Shown here piece after piece: positions 39,455 to 47,678 of a DNA stretch of 64,000 nucleotides (position 1 is its first letter; each line of letters starts with the position of its first letter). Below the pieces are notes generated by a model, which was not told where the DNA came from, did no database searches, and saw nothing but the letters and a program-made list of their open reading frames with translations. Origin of the DNA: an uncultured delta proteobacterium (lineage in GTDB: Bacteria; Myxococcota_A; Polyangia; Polyangiales; Houyiibacteriaceae). A program made the position numbers and the translations under genes. The stretch covers positions 231,831-295,830 of the forward strand of contig CAVOVB010000005.1 of NCBI GenBank assembly GCA_963699755.1, in the 5' to 3' direction.

Positions 39455-40765
39455 CTACTTCCCAATCTCCCTCTTCAGGACCGTATAGGCGCGCTGAGCC
39501 TGAGAATCCTCGGAGAAGATTTCCGGCACGTCCCCCGTCGCCTCGGGGGCCTGCCCACCGGTAGCCTGCTGCTCCCGCCCCCGACCCCCATGCGACTGCG
39601 CCGGAAGATGCCCTTCGAGCTCCTCCTCGCGGAGTGGTTCCGGGTCGTCGTCGCCGCGCGGTTGCTCCGCGACCAAGTCGGGGGAAATACCCTCGGCCTG
39701 AATCGAGTTGCCCGACGGTGCGTAGTAACGATACGTCGTCAGCTTGAGCGCGCTTCCGCCCGGAAGCTCGAAGACGTTCTGTACGCTGCCCTTACCGAAC
39801 GTTCGAACACCGACCAGGACGGCGCGCTTGTGATCGCGCAGCGCACCGGCGACGATCTCAGATGCGCTCGCCGTGTTCTCGTTGATCGTGACCACCATTG
39901 GCCATTTTGGACGAGTGCCCGCGCGACGCGCGGAGTATTGACTGATCGTCTCTCCACCGCGGCCTCGCGTGCTCACGATGACACCCGACGCCAGGAATTC
40001 GTCGCTTACCCAGACTGCCTCCTCGAGCAAGCCGCCACCATTGTCGCGGAGGTCGAGCAGGAGTCCCTGAACGCCGCCCCGCTTGCGCAGCTTCATAACC
40101 GCCTCGTCGAGTGCTTCGCTCAGCTGGCGTGCGGTGCCGTCCTGAAACGCCTTGATGCGTACATAGACCACGCCGTCGTCCAGCACCTGCATGTCGATGG
40201 GGTCGACATCGATGAAGGCCCGTGTGAGGGTGCGCTCGAGCGCCACCGCCTGCCCTACACGACGGATGCTGACCTTCACCGAGGTCCCGGGCTCTCCGCG
40301 AATCCGGCGAACCGCGTCATACAGCCGAAGATCCCGAGCATCCTCGCCCTCGATGCTCAAGAATCGATCCCCGGGCCGTAACCCGGCTTTCGCTGCAGGG
40401 CCGCCCTCGAATACGGAGAGAATCGTCAACCAGCCTTCGCGCGTCGAAACTTCGACGCCAACCCCCGCGAAACGTCCTTCGGCGTCGCTCTTGAGGATCT
40501 CGTACTCCTTGGGATCGAGGAACACGCTGTGCGGATCGAGCGAGTCGGCTAGCCCTCGAATCGCGCCGTAGACTAGAGCCTCTTGATCGATTGGCTCCAC
40601 GTAGCTCGTTTCGATGTACGCTAGCGCGCGTGCGAAAATCGACAATGGCTCGAATGGACTACGCCGCGCCGGCACATCGGATGCCAAAGCCGCAAGGAGT
40701 CCTACAACCAGCGTGCCGACACAGAGCAAGCGGAGTATTTTGCGGCCGGTTTCGTGACGGAACAT
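39455..40765 (-). CDS. ctpA: Carboxyl-terminal processing protease (S41A, PDZ)
   Basis: LDPHS, DLRDNGGG, TASASEI and FGKGSVQ motifs; start position uncertain. Confidence 0.9.
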   Translation of the reverse strand: MFRHETGRKILRLLCVGTLVVGLLAALASDVPARRSPFEPLSIFARALAYIETSYVEPIDQEALVYGAIRGLADSLDPHSVFLDPKEYEILKSDAEGRFAGVGVEVSTREGWLTILSVFEGGPAAKAGLRPGDRFLSIEGEDARDLRLYDAVRRIRGEPGTSVKVSIRRVGQAVALERTLTRAFIDVDPIDMQVLDDGVVYVRIKAFQDGTARQLSEALDEAVMKLRKRGGVQGLLLDLRDNGGGLLEEAVWVSDEFLASGVIVSTRGRGGETISQYSARRAGTRPKWPMVVTINENTASASEIVAGALRDHKRAVLVGVRTFGKGSVQNVFELPGGSALKLTTYRYYAPSGNSIQAEGISPDLVAEQPRGDDDPEPLREEELEGHLPAQSHGGRGREQQATGGQAPEATGDVPEIFSEDSQAQRAYTVLKREIGK

Positions 40766-40878
40766 GGACTTCAGACCTTTGTCATTGACACTGCTTCTAT
40801 CCCTGGGTAGGACCACCAGATACTTGAGAGGGGCGTGTGCGCCAGATGGTACAGCGTCCGCATGGAGGATTCCTCACG

Positions 40879-41079
40879 ATGTCTACGACCGATAAGCGCA
40901 AGCAGAGTCTCTATTTCCCAGAGTCGATGCTACACGACATCAAGCATGAATCCGCAAGGTTGGATCGCTCGCTCTCCTGGATCGTCCAACGCTGCGTGAA
41001 GATGGCCCTTCCCGAAATCCGCAAGCTGCCCTCCGTGAATGATATCCCGGACAGCCCGGACGACACCGTCAAGAAGTAA
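40879..41079 (+). CDS. TIGR04563-like small ribbon-helix-helix-type protein of myxobacteria
   Basis: DKRKQSLYFP..ML..I..E..RLDRSLSWIVQ pattern; RBS GGAGG. Confidence 0.85.
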   Translation: MSTTDKRKQSLYFPESMLHDIKHESARLDRSLSWIVQRCVKMALPEIRKLPSVNDIPDSPDDTVKK

Positions 41080-41090
41080 GCTTCTAGAGC

Positions 41091-41978
41091 GTGGAGTACG
41101 ACCGTGAAGGCTTTGTCGAAGCGGCGGACGGCACCCGCCTGTTCTACGAGGTGCTTGGCGAGGGTGACCCTCCCGTAGTTCTCACCGATGGAATAGGCTG
41201 CGACGGGTTTGCCTGGCGATATCTCGCACCGCGACTCGGCAAGAGGCATCGCGTCGTCCATTGCCACTTCCGCGGCCATGGCCGGAGCGGGCCTCCTGCG
41301 GACCCGGCGCGGCTGTCGATCGAAGATCTTGCCGGCGACCTGAAGCGAGTCTGCGACGCGCTCGACGTCGCGCACCCGGTGATAGTAGCGCACTCGATGG
41401 GCGTTCAGGTTGCTCTCGAGTATTACCGACAGAACCCTGACGGCGTTGCGGCCCTGGCCTTGATGTGTGGGACCTTCGGTCAGATCACCTCGACGTTTCA
41501 CGGCACCGATCTGCTCGACCAGGTATTGCCAGGGCTCATCCGGGGAATGAGAATCTTCCCGGGCATTGCTCGTGCGGTTTGGGGGCGCATACCCGCTGCG
41601 ATGGCGTTTCGACTGGCGTGTGTCGGCCGCGAGCTCGACGGCGAACGCATCCAAGAGGAAGATTTCCAACGCTACTGGGAGCACGCCTCCCTCATGGACC
41701 CGGAGGTGTTTCTCCCGATGCTCTGGCATGCCGGCCGGCACGACGCGCGCGGCTTCCTCCCAGAGGTCGACATTCCGACGCTCGTCGTAGCCGCAGAGCA
41801 CGACACCTTCACGCCGATGGCACTTGCGAAAGAGATGGCGGGCGCGATTCCAAACGCGGAGCTCGAGGTGATCGAAGCGGCCAGCCACGCCGCGCCGGTG
41901 GAACAGCCGGATTTGATCGCCGAACACCTCGAGGACTTCTTGTCTTCCCGACTCGACCACGCCGCAGAGCGGATCTAG
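41091..41978 (+). CDS. Alpha/beta hydrolase
   Basis: RGHGRS, nucleophile elbow AHSMG, D..TP and catalytic His region ASH. Confidence 0.9.
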   Translation: MEYDREGFVEAADGTRLFYEVLGEGDPPVVLTDGIGCDGFAWRYLAPRLGKRHRVVHCHFRGHGRSGPPADPARLSIEDLAGDLKRVCDALDVAHPVIVAHSMGVQVALEYYRQNPDGVAALALMCGTFGQITSTFHGTDLLDQVLPGLIRGMRIFPGIARAVWGRIPAAMAFRLACVGRELDGERIQEEDFQRYWEHASLMDPEVFLPMLWHAGRHDARGFLPEVDIPTLVVAAEHDTFTPMALAKEMAGAIPNAELEVIEAASHAAPVEQPDLIAEHLEDFLSSRLDHAAERI

Positions 41979-43081
41979 TACTCCGTCCGGAACAGCTGTT
42001 GCCCCATCAAGACGAAGGTGCCTCGTGGCACATAGGACTCGTTCGAAACGCGAACGAAGGTGCCGTTGGAGCTGCCGACGTCCGTGAGGAACACATGCCC
42101 CAACTCGGAGTTGATACGACAGTGAAGCCCTGAAACGTAGCCGTCCTCGGGGAACACCACGTCGCCGCGCTCGCGGCCGAGATGGATGCCCTGAGGCGGA
42201 ACGGGATAGCTATTGCCCGTCGTCTCGCGGCCGATCAGCAATGAGATTCGACCCAGGTAGCCGCGGTGTGGGCTGCCCATGTGCTGGGTGCCGTCGGCGG
42301 CTGGGTCTGGCGCAGTGGGTGCGTCGAACCTCAGAAGCTCCTGCCCCACCCGAAAGATGCTCCCGTCGAAAAGCTCGATTGGGACGTCCGGCTCGATGCG
42401 AATGTAGACTCCATTTAGGCTTTCCATGTCTTTGACGACGAGCTGAGCACCCTCGAAGCGAAACTCGGCGTGCTCGGGCGAAAGGTATGCGTCGTTCGCG
42501 AAGATCCCACCGCTGCTCCGCCCGATCAGGGTCGGACCCGCCGACAGGGAAAACGTTTCACCTTCGGAGCCGTCGGGCTGAATCAGCACCAGCCGCGCCC
42601 GCGTCCCCGCTGGCTGGGGAGCCTCCGCTACGGCGGGCGCCGAGACGCGCTCCGCCGCTGAATGAGCAGGCACCCCGGCCGCGGCCTCATCGTGGATCTC
42701 TTGGAGGTCTTGCCCGCACACGTGACAGAACCGGAAATTCTCGGGGACTCGCGCACCGCAATGGGGACAGGGCGAAGTCTGACCATGCAAGGGCGCAAGC
42801 TCGGGCGGCAAGAAGTCAGCATCTGCTTCTGGGACGGGCTCTGGTCGACTCGCTTGCATCGGCGTCGGGTCCATTTCGAGCTGGGATGCAAGAGCTCCGG
42901 ACTGCGCGGCCATTGGCTGAGGGCCATTGGCCGCTCGCCCAGATGAGGACGAGCCTCCGGGAGGAGTCTGCGTCGAGAGCGAACGCGGCTTGAGCGACTG
43001 GCGTGGAAGCTCTGCTCCGCAACCCAGACAGAACTTGTAGTGGTCCTGGTTCTCTTTGCTACATCGGGAACAGACGATCAC
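41975..43081 (-). CDS. Double zinc-ribbon + two FHA domain protein
   Basis: CSRC..CLGC and CPHC..CHVC ribbons; two GR..S..H..NG FHA motifs. Confidence 0.88.
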   Translation of the reverse strand: MIVCSRCSKENQDHYKFCLGCGAELPRQSLKPRSLSTQTPPGGSSSSGRAANGPQPMAAQSGALASQLEMDPTPMQASRPEPVPEADADFLPPELAPLHGQTSPCPHCGARVPENFRFCHVCGQDLQEIHDEAAAGVPAHSAAERVSAPAVAEAPQPAGTRARLVLIQPDGSEGETFSLSAGPTLIGRSSGGIFANDAYLSPEHAEFRFEGAQLVVKDMESLNGVYIRIEPDVPIELFDGSIFRVGQELLRFDAPTAPDPAADGTQHMGSPHRGYLGRISLLIGRETTGNSYPVPPQGIHLGRERGDVVFPEDGYVSGLHCRINSELGHVFLTDVGSSNGTFVRVSNESYVPRGTFVLMGQQLFRTEY

Positions 43082-43866
43082 GCGGTCACCTCCACTCGAA
43101 GCAGGTTTCTACCCAAGAACAGGTAGTCGCCGTCGTTGAGCTCTCTCTCGCCCCGAATACGAATGTAGGTCCCATTTTGCGAGCCTTCGTCGATCAGCTC
43201 GAGGGAATTCCCGGACATCTCGATCCTGGCATGCCTGGCGGACATGTACACATCGTCCGGGAAGTTGATGTCGCATTCCTCGCGACCGATTCGAACCGCC
43301 TGCTCGCGGGCACAGCAGACGATGCCATCCATGCCCCCTTCGAGAATCTGAGTGACACGAAAGGCGCTGGGTCGCCTCGGCGAAGAGTAGAAATAGGTCT
43401 GGTCTGCCTCCGGCCCCGACGTGTCTTTCGGCGTCGCGTCCAATCGGAATAGCTGCTGACCGCACATGAAGCGGTCGCCGACCTGGATCGCGCAAGACCC
43501 CCGCACTCGAATGTAGACGCCGTTCAAGCTGCCTTCGTCCCGCACGAAGAGCTTCTCGCCTCGGTAGAGGAAATTCGCGTGCCTGGGGCTGAGCCAAGTA
43601 TCACTCGGAAACGGAATCTGGTCCGCCTCTCGACCGGCGGTGTGCTCAGTCGCTTGCAGCAAATAGCTGAGACCCTCGCCCATCGCTTCGTCTCCGCGCA
43701 CGACGATCAGGCGGGCCTTGCCCGGCATCTGCAGCGCCCCAAAAAATCTGGTCTCGAGTGTTTGCGCTTCGTATGGCACGCCCGCCCCACAGGCCCCGCA
43801 GAACTTGTGTCCAGACGGGACCGCGCTGGCGCACTCCGTGCAGACGTAATTCCGAGCTTGCTCCAT
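43078..43866 (-). CDS. Zinc-ribbon + two FHA domain protein
   Basis: CTEC..CGAC ribbon; two GR..S.RH..NG FHA motifs. Confidence 0.88.
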   Translation of the reverse strand: MEQARNYVCTECASAVPSGHKFCGACGAGVPYEAQTLETRFFGALQMPGKARLIVVRGDEAMGEGLSYLLQATEHTAGREADQIPFPSDTWLSPRHANFLYRGEKLFVRDEGSLNGVYIRVRGSCAIQVGDRFMCGQQLFRLDATPKDTSGPEADQTYFYSSPRRPSAFRVTQILEGGMDGIVCCAREQAVRIGREECDINFPDDVYMSARHARIEMSGNSLELIDEGSQNGTYIRIRGERELNDGDYLFLGRNLLRVEVTA

Positions 43867-44021
43867 GCCCTCGTTCCCCCCTTGGCCCGACCCCGCTAGG
43901 CGCCAATCCTATCGGGAGTTGTAGGCCATCGAATCACCCCTAGTCAATCGCCGCTCCGCTTGGGAATTTCCGCCAGGGACGCTGCTTTGCTTGTGCCCTC
44001 GCTGCGACTACCCTCTCCCCG

Positions 44022-44687
44022 ATGGAGCTTCTCGCAGGCACCTTGTTGGAGCGGCCCCCAGGGCGAAAGTACAGGTCTGAGCTTCGCTTCGCGGAGCTTT
44101 CGCCGCAGGCCCCGCTCCCCAGACCGGGCACCTTGGCTAGGTGGCGTCAGAAGCTTCCCGAGGAATTCGAGCTGGCTCTTCGTGCCCCGGACGCATGCTG
44201 GCAATCGCCTACTGGCCCCCTGAGACCCAGCAAGGAGCTCGACGCCGGCCTCGCATGGCTCTCCGAAGCCGCAGACGCCTTGCAAGCATCGATGCTGGTC
44301 GTCGCGACGAACGCCGCAGTGACCACCGGAGCGAGAGACCGCGAGCGCCTCCGGGAATACTTCGCGCGAATTCCGAGGAAGGACGCCCGGCTCGTGGTCT
44401 GGCAAGCAGCGGGCCTTTGGGAGCATGAAGCGGTGCAGTCGATGGCGCGAAAGCTCTCGGTTCTTGGCGCCTTCAACCCGACAGATGATCCGGCACCAGA
44501 TCTAGAGATCGTGTACGCCTCGTTGCGTGCCGAAGGGCTCCGGCGTTCGTTTTCCCATGCACATCTGCTCGATGTCCTCGACAAGCTTCGGGGCTCCGGC
44601 GCGTCGCGCGCTTTCGTCACGATCGAGTCGGCGCAATCGTTTCGTGAAGCGCGCCTTCTCCAAGCTCTGTCCGAAGGGCGCGAGTGA
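44022..44687 (+). CDS. Hypothetical protein, possibly a divergent DUF72-like TIM barrel
   Basis: TLARWR..LPEEFELALRAP resembles the DUF72 N-terminal pattern; coupled to the next gene. Confidence 0.5.
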   Translation: MELLAGTLLERPPGRKYRSELRFAELSPQAPLPRPGTLARWRQKLPEEFELALRAPDACWQSPTGPLRPSKELDAGLAWLSEAADALQASMLVVATNAAVTTGARDRERLREYFARIPRKDARLVVWQAAGLWEHEAVQSMARKLSVLGAFNPTDDPAPDLEIVYASLRAEGLRRSFSHAHLLDVLDKLRGSGASRAFVTIESAQSFREARLLQALSEGRE

Positions 44688-46012
44688 GCGCGTGGAATGC
44701 GAGAATCGCCCGCGTTGACCAACCCGAGCCCGGGCTACTAAGCCTTTCGTTCCGAACCGAGGGCCGGAACGAAGCCCTGGTGCTCGTAACGCTGCCCGGA
44801 TCACTTGAGCTCGGTGTGGTCGACGAACGGCCGCGAGGGGCGAGCGCAGGGCCGGCCGTGACTCAGCTTCGGCGCCACGTGGAGGGCTCACGGCTGGAAT
44901 CGGTCGACATGAGCGGGCGCGCGATTCGCCTTTCGCTGAGTCGAGCCGGCAAGAATCGCTTCCTCATCGCGGCGCCAAGCAAGCCATACGGTGCGTGGTG
45001 GCTCTGCGAGGAAGACGGAGCCCTCGTGCTTCGCTCACCCGGTGCGCCGGCCTCTATACCCTCGGAGCAGGAGCACTTGCGACCGAGGAGTCTGCACGAG
45101 CTTCGCGCCCAAGGACTTGCCGTCTTGCAGGCCCATCGCTCGATCCGAAAGCAACAGCTCGAGCGGCTCCTCGCGACTCAGATCAAGCGTCTGTCCAAGA
45201 AACGCGATGCGATTCTCGGTGACTTGAACCGCGCTGCAAAGGCCGACGAGCTACACGAAAAGGCAAGCCTGATCCTGGCCCATGCCTCGGAAATTCCGGA
45301 ACGCGCAGCCTATTTCGTGACCCAGACCTGGGACGACGAGCCACGGGCAATTCGCATCGAGCTAGATCCGAGACGGTCGCCGACGGAGCTTGCGCAGGAG
45401 CTGTTCAAGAAGTCGAAGCGATTCAAGCGGGGTTCGGAAGTGGCGCCGGACCGGCTCAGTGCGGTCTCGGCGGAGCTCGACGAACTGATCGAAGTGCGCG
45501 ACCGCCTCGAGGACGACACAGCCGAGGAGCTGGCGACGAAGCTCGAAGCTTTGGGTGTGCCGATCACGGCCCCCAAAGAGGAGGCGCGAAAGCGCCGACA
45601 GGCCGGCGAGCGCCTTCCCTATCGGGAGTTCATCGCTGTCGATGGCTCGCCGTTGCTGGTGGGCCGAAGCGCCGCCGACAATGATCGGCTCACCCTTCGG
45701 CATGCACGGCCCCACGATCTATGGCTACACGCGCGGGGTGTGACCGGGGCGCATATCGTCGTACCGCTCATCAAGGGAAAGTCCGTATCGCCGGAGACGC
45801 TCGTAGACGCCGCGACGCTGGCAGCACACTTCAGCGACCTTCGCGGAGAGACGATTGTCGACGTCCTCTATACGCCCCGACGCTTCGTGCACAAACGCAA
45901 AGGCAGCCCGGTCGGCTCCGTCGGCCTCGGCAACGAGAAGGTGATCGCCGTGCGCATCGAGACGGAACGACTGCAACGGCTCCTCCGGAGCGAGAAGAAA
46001 GCACTCCCTTAA
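44684..46012 (+). CDS. NFACT family protein (RqcH/FbpA-like)
   Basis: QLRRHVEG, coiled coil, I.LDP..SP..AQ, and NFACT-R motif VGRSAADND.LT...DLWLHARG..GAH. Confidence 0.85.
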   Translation: MSAWNARIARVDQPEPGLLSLSFRTEGRNEALVLVTLPGSLELGVVDERPRGASAGPAVTQLRRHVEGSRLESVDMSGRAIRLSLSRAGKNRFLIAAPSKPYGAWWLCEEDGALVLRSPGAPASIPSEQEHLRPRSLHELRAQGLAVLQAHRSIRKQQLERLLATQIKRLSKKRDAILGDLNRAAKADELHEKASLILAHASEIPERAAYFVTQTWDDEPRAIRIELDPRRSPTELAQELFKKSKRFKRGSEVAPDRLSAVSAELDELIEVRDRLEDDTAEELATKLEALGVPITAPKEEARKRRQAGERLPYREFIAVDGSPLLVGRSAADNDRLTLRHARPHDLWLHARGVTGAHIVVPLIKGKSVSPETLVDAATLAAHFSDLRGETIVDVLYTPRRFVHKRKGSPVGSVGLGNEKVIAVRIETERLQRLLRSEKKALP

Positions 46013-46015
46013 ACA

Positions 46016-46178
46016 GCTAACGCCCCAGCTGATGAGCTGCGGCGTTAGCAGACGAATACCCCCCACATACGAAAGAGGGATCGCCACGACAGACTGCGCG
46101 AAGGCCCCGGAAAGGCGGGGCCTTAGGCCAGGGATCACCAGAGGTGACCCCTCGGTAGACCCGAAGGTCGACCGCCTA
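46016..46178 (-). other. Multi-hairpin structured region between convergent NFACT and H1-like genes
   Basis: Hairpins at 46016-46049 and 46101-46124, plus a three-way junction at 46124-46178 with a C(UUCG)G loop on the minus strand. Confidence 0.6.
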
Positions 46179-46183
46179 GAAGC

Positions 46184-46504
46184 CTATTTCTTCTTGCGAG
46201 CCACGCGCTTTTTGGCTGCGCGCTTCTTTGGTGCAGCCTTCTTGGTTGTGCGCTTTTTTGCCGCACGCTTCTTTGCTGGCCGCTTCTTCGCAGCCTTCTT
46301 CTTCGTTGCGCGCTTCTTCGTTGCGCGCTTCTTTGCCGCACGCTTCTTCGTTGCACGCTTCTTCGTTGCACGCTTCTTCGTTGCGCGCTTCTTCGTTGCG
46401 CGCTTCTTCGTTGTGCGCTTCTTCGTTGTGCGCTTCTTTGCCGCACGCTTCTTTGCTGGCCGCTTCTTCGCAGCCTTCTTTGTTCGTTTCTTTGCAGTCG
46501 CCAT
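46184..46504 (-). CDS. Histone H1-like (Hc2/AlgP-like) Lys/Arg/Ala-rich DNA-binding protein
   Basis: MATAKKRTKKAAKK... built from KKRAT/KKRAA/KKRTT pentapeptides; RBS GGAGGAGG. Confidence 0.85.
   Translation of the reverse strand: MATAKKRTKKAAKKRPAKKRAAKKRTTKKRTTKKRATKKRATKKRATKKRATKKRAAKKRATKKRATKKKAAKKRPAKKRAAKKRTTKKAAPKKRAAKKRVARKKK
46207..46490. repeat. 15-bp tandem coding repeat (CGCTTCTTCGTTGCR) with a 40-bp block duplicated 180 bp apart
   Basis: Visible directly; 46261-46300 is identical to 46441-46480. Confidence 0.9.
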
Positions 46505-46726
46505 TTCGACCTCCTCCAAGGTGGGTCAATATTGCAGGTGCACGTACCGTATTGTCACGTCACTTCACGTGTCAAGCGGAAGCGCACATGAATTATACAT
46601 AACTTTGCTCTATTTGAGCCAAATATTTTGTAACGTCAGCCCTCAAGTCATTGGAATCATTGATAAACGGCTTATTATCAGGTCAGGTTGAAAAGCTGAA
46701 GAAAATTCGGAAAGCTTGGTGTCGCA

Positions 46727-46836
46727 GGCGATCTGAACCCGGCGATCTCAACCGGCGATCTCAACCCAGGTTGGGAGATCGGCGGAGCGCAACCCAGGTT
46801 GGGAGATCGGCGCGGCGCAGGCGGAGCTGGAGATCG
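46727..46836. repeat. Intergenic direct/inverted GATC-containing repeat array
   Basis: Three GGCGATCT(G/C)AACC, two CAACCCAGGTTGGGAGATCGGCG, and a third GGAGATCG. Confidence 0.85.
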
Positions 46837-47022
46837 CGTTGACCGAGATACAGCCGCGGACTACATTTCCCCCCGGCTGGGCCATTGCTCAGCTGCACCG
46901 AAAGGGCGGGGACGCGCGAAGTGCGACGCTGAAGCGGGAAATAAACACTGCGCAGCGCCCGTTCAACCCGACTCCTGGCAATCAGGCGTAAGGGCATGTT
47001 TTTGACGATATAAGGAGTCCCG

Positions 47023-47532
47023 ATGCAAGCGGGAACATACGAATTCAAGGTTGGCGACAAAGCCATCTATCCCAAACAGGGCGTAACCGAGGTCGTTTCG
47101 ATCGAGGAACGCAAAATCGGCACAGCGACGATGGAATTCTACGTGCTGAGGCCGCTCGACGCGAAGAACAACGACAGGATCCGAGTGGCGGTCGCTCAAG
47201 CGAAGAAGGTCGGCCTCAGGCCGCCTATCTCCGAATCGGACATCCAAGAGATCTTCTCCCTGCTCGAGGAGCAGCCCGTCGTCTTCGACAATCAGACCTG
47301 GAACCGCCGATACCGCGGTTTCATGGACAAAATCAAGACTGGCTCGGTTTTCGACGTAGCCGAAGTCATGCGTGACCTCTATCGCCTCCAAGTCGACAAA
47401 TCCCTGTCGTTTGGCGAGAAGAAGATGCTGGAGACAGCGCGCAATCTAGTCGTGAAGGAGATCGCCGTGGCGCGCTCCGAAACCGAAGAAGACACGCAGG
47501 CCGAGATCGAGCAGATCTTCGAGAAGAACTAA
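47023..47532 (+). CDS. cdnL: CarD/CdnL family RNA polymerase-binding transcription factor (CdnL type)
   Basis: FKVGDKAIYPKQG, TWNRRYR, KIKTGS and LSFGEKKML motifs; no C-terminal HMGA/H1 domain. Confidence 0.9.
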   Translation: MQAGTYEFKVGDKAIYPKQGVTEVVSIEERKIGTATMEFYVLRPLDAKNNDRIRVAVAQAKKVGLRPPISESDIQEIFSLLEEQPVVFDNQTWNRRYRGFMDKIKTGSVFDVAEVMRDLYRLQVDKSLSFGEKKMLETARNLVVKEIAVARSETEEDTQAEIEQIFEKN

Positions 47533-47678
47533 CCCTTCCGAGGAATCTCCACGGCGGTCCCGCGCGTTCGGCACTCTATGCCGCGACGGGCCAGCCGCTT
47601 CGTGCAGAACCGCTCCTTGGCCCAAGCCGCCCGATCGACCGCGTCTGATCACCAGGAACGCTCAATAGGGAAACACCA

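Noticed and set aside
46029..46064. CTGATGA...GAA resembling a hammerhead ribozyme core
   Set aside because: The candidate stem II is followed by GAAT rather than GAAA, stems I and III cannot be built, and the segment is fully explained by the 14-bp hairpin at 46016-46049.
46032..46691. 219-aa plus-strand ORF with FFVAR repeats, and alternative-frame repeat ORFs
   Set aside because: These are antisense or off-frame shadows of the H1-like repeat gene, which has the strong RBS.
46727..46836. Possible mini CRISPR array
   Set aside because: Units are adjacent or 5 bp apart with no unique spacer-length sequences, and no cas genes are present.
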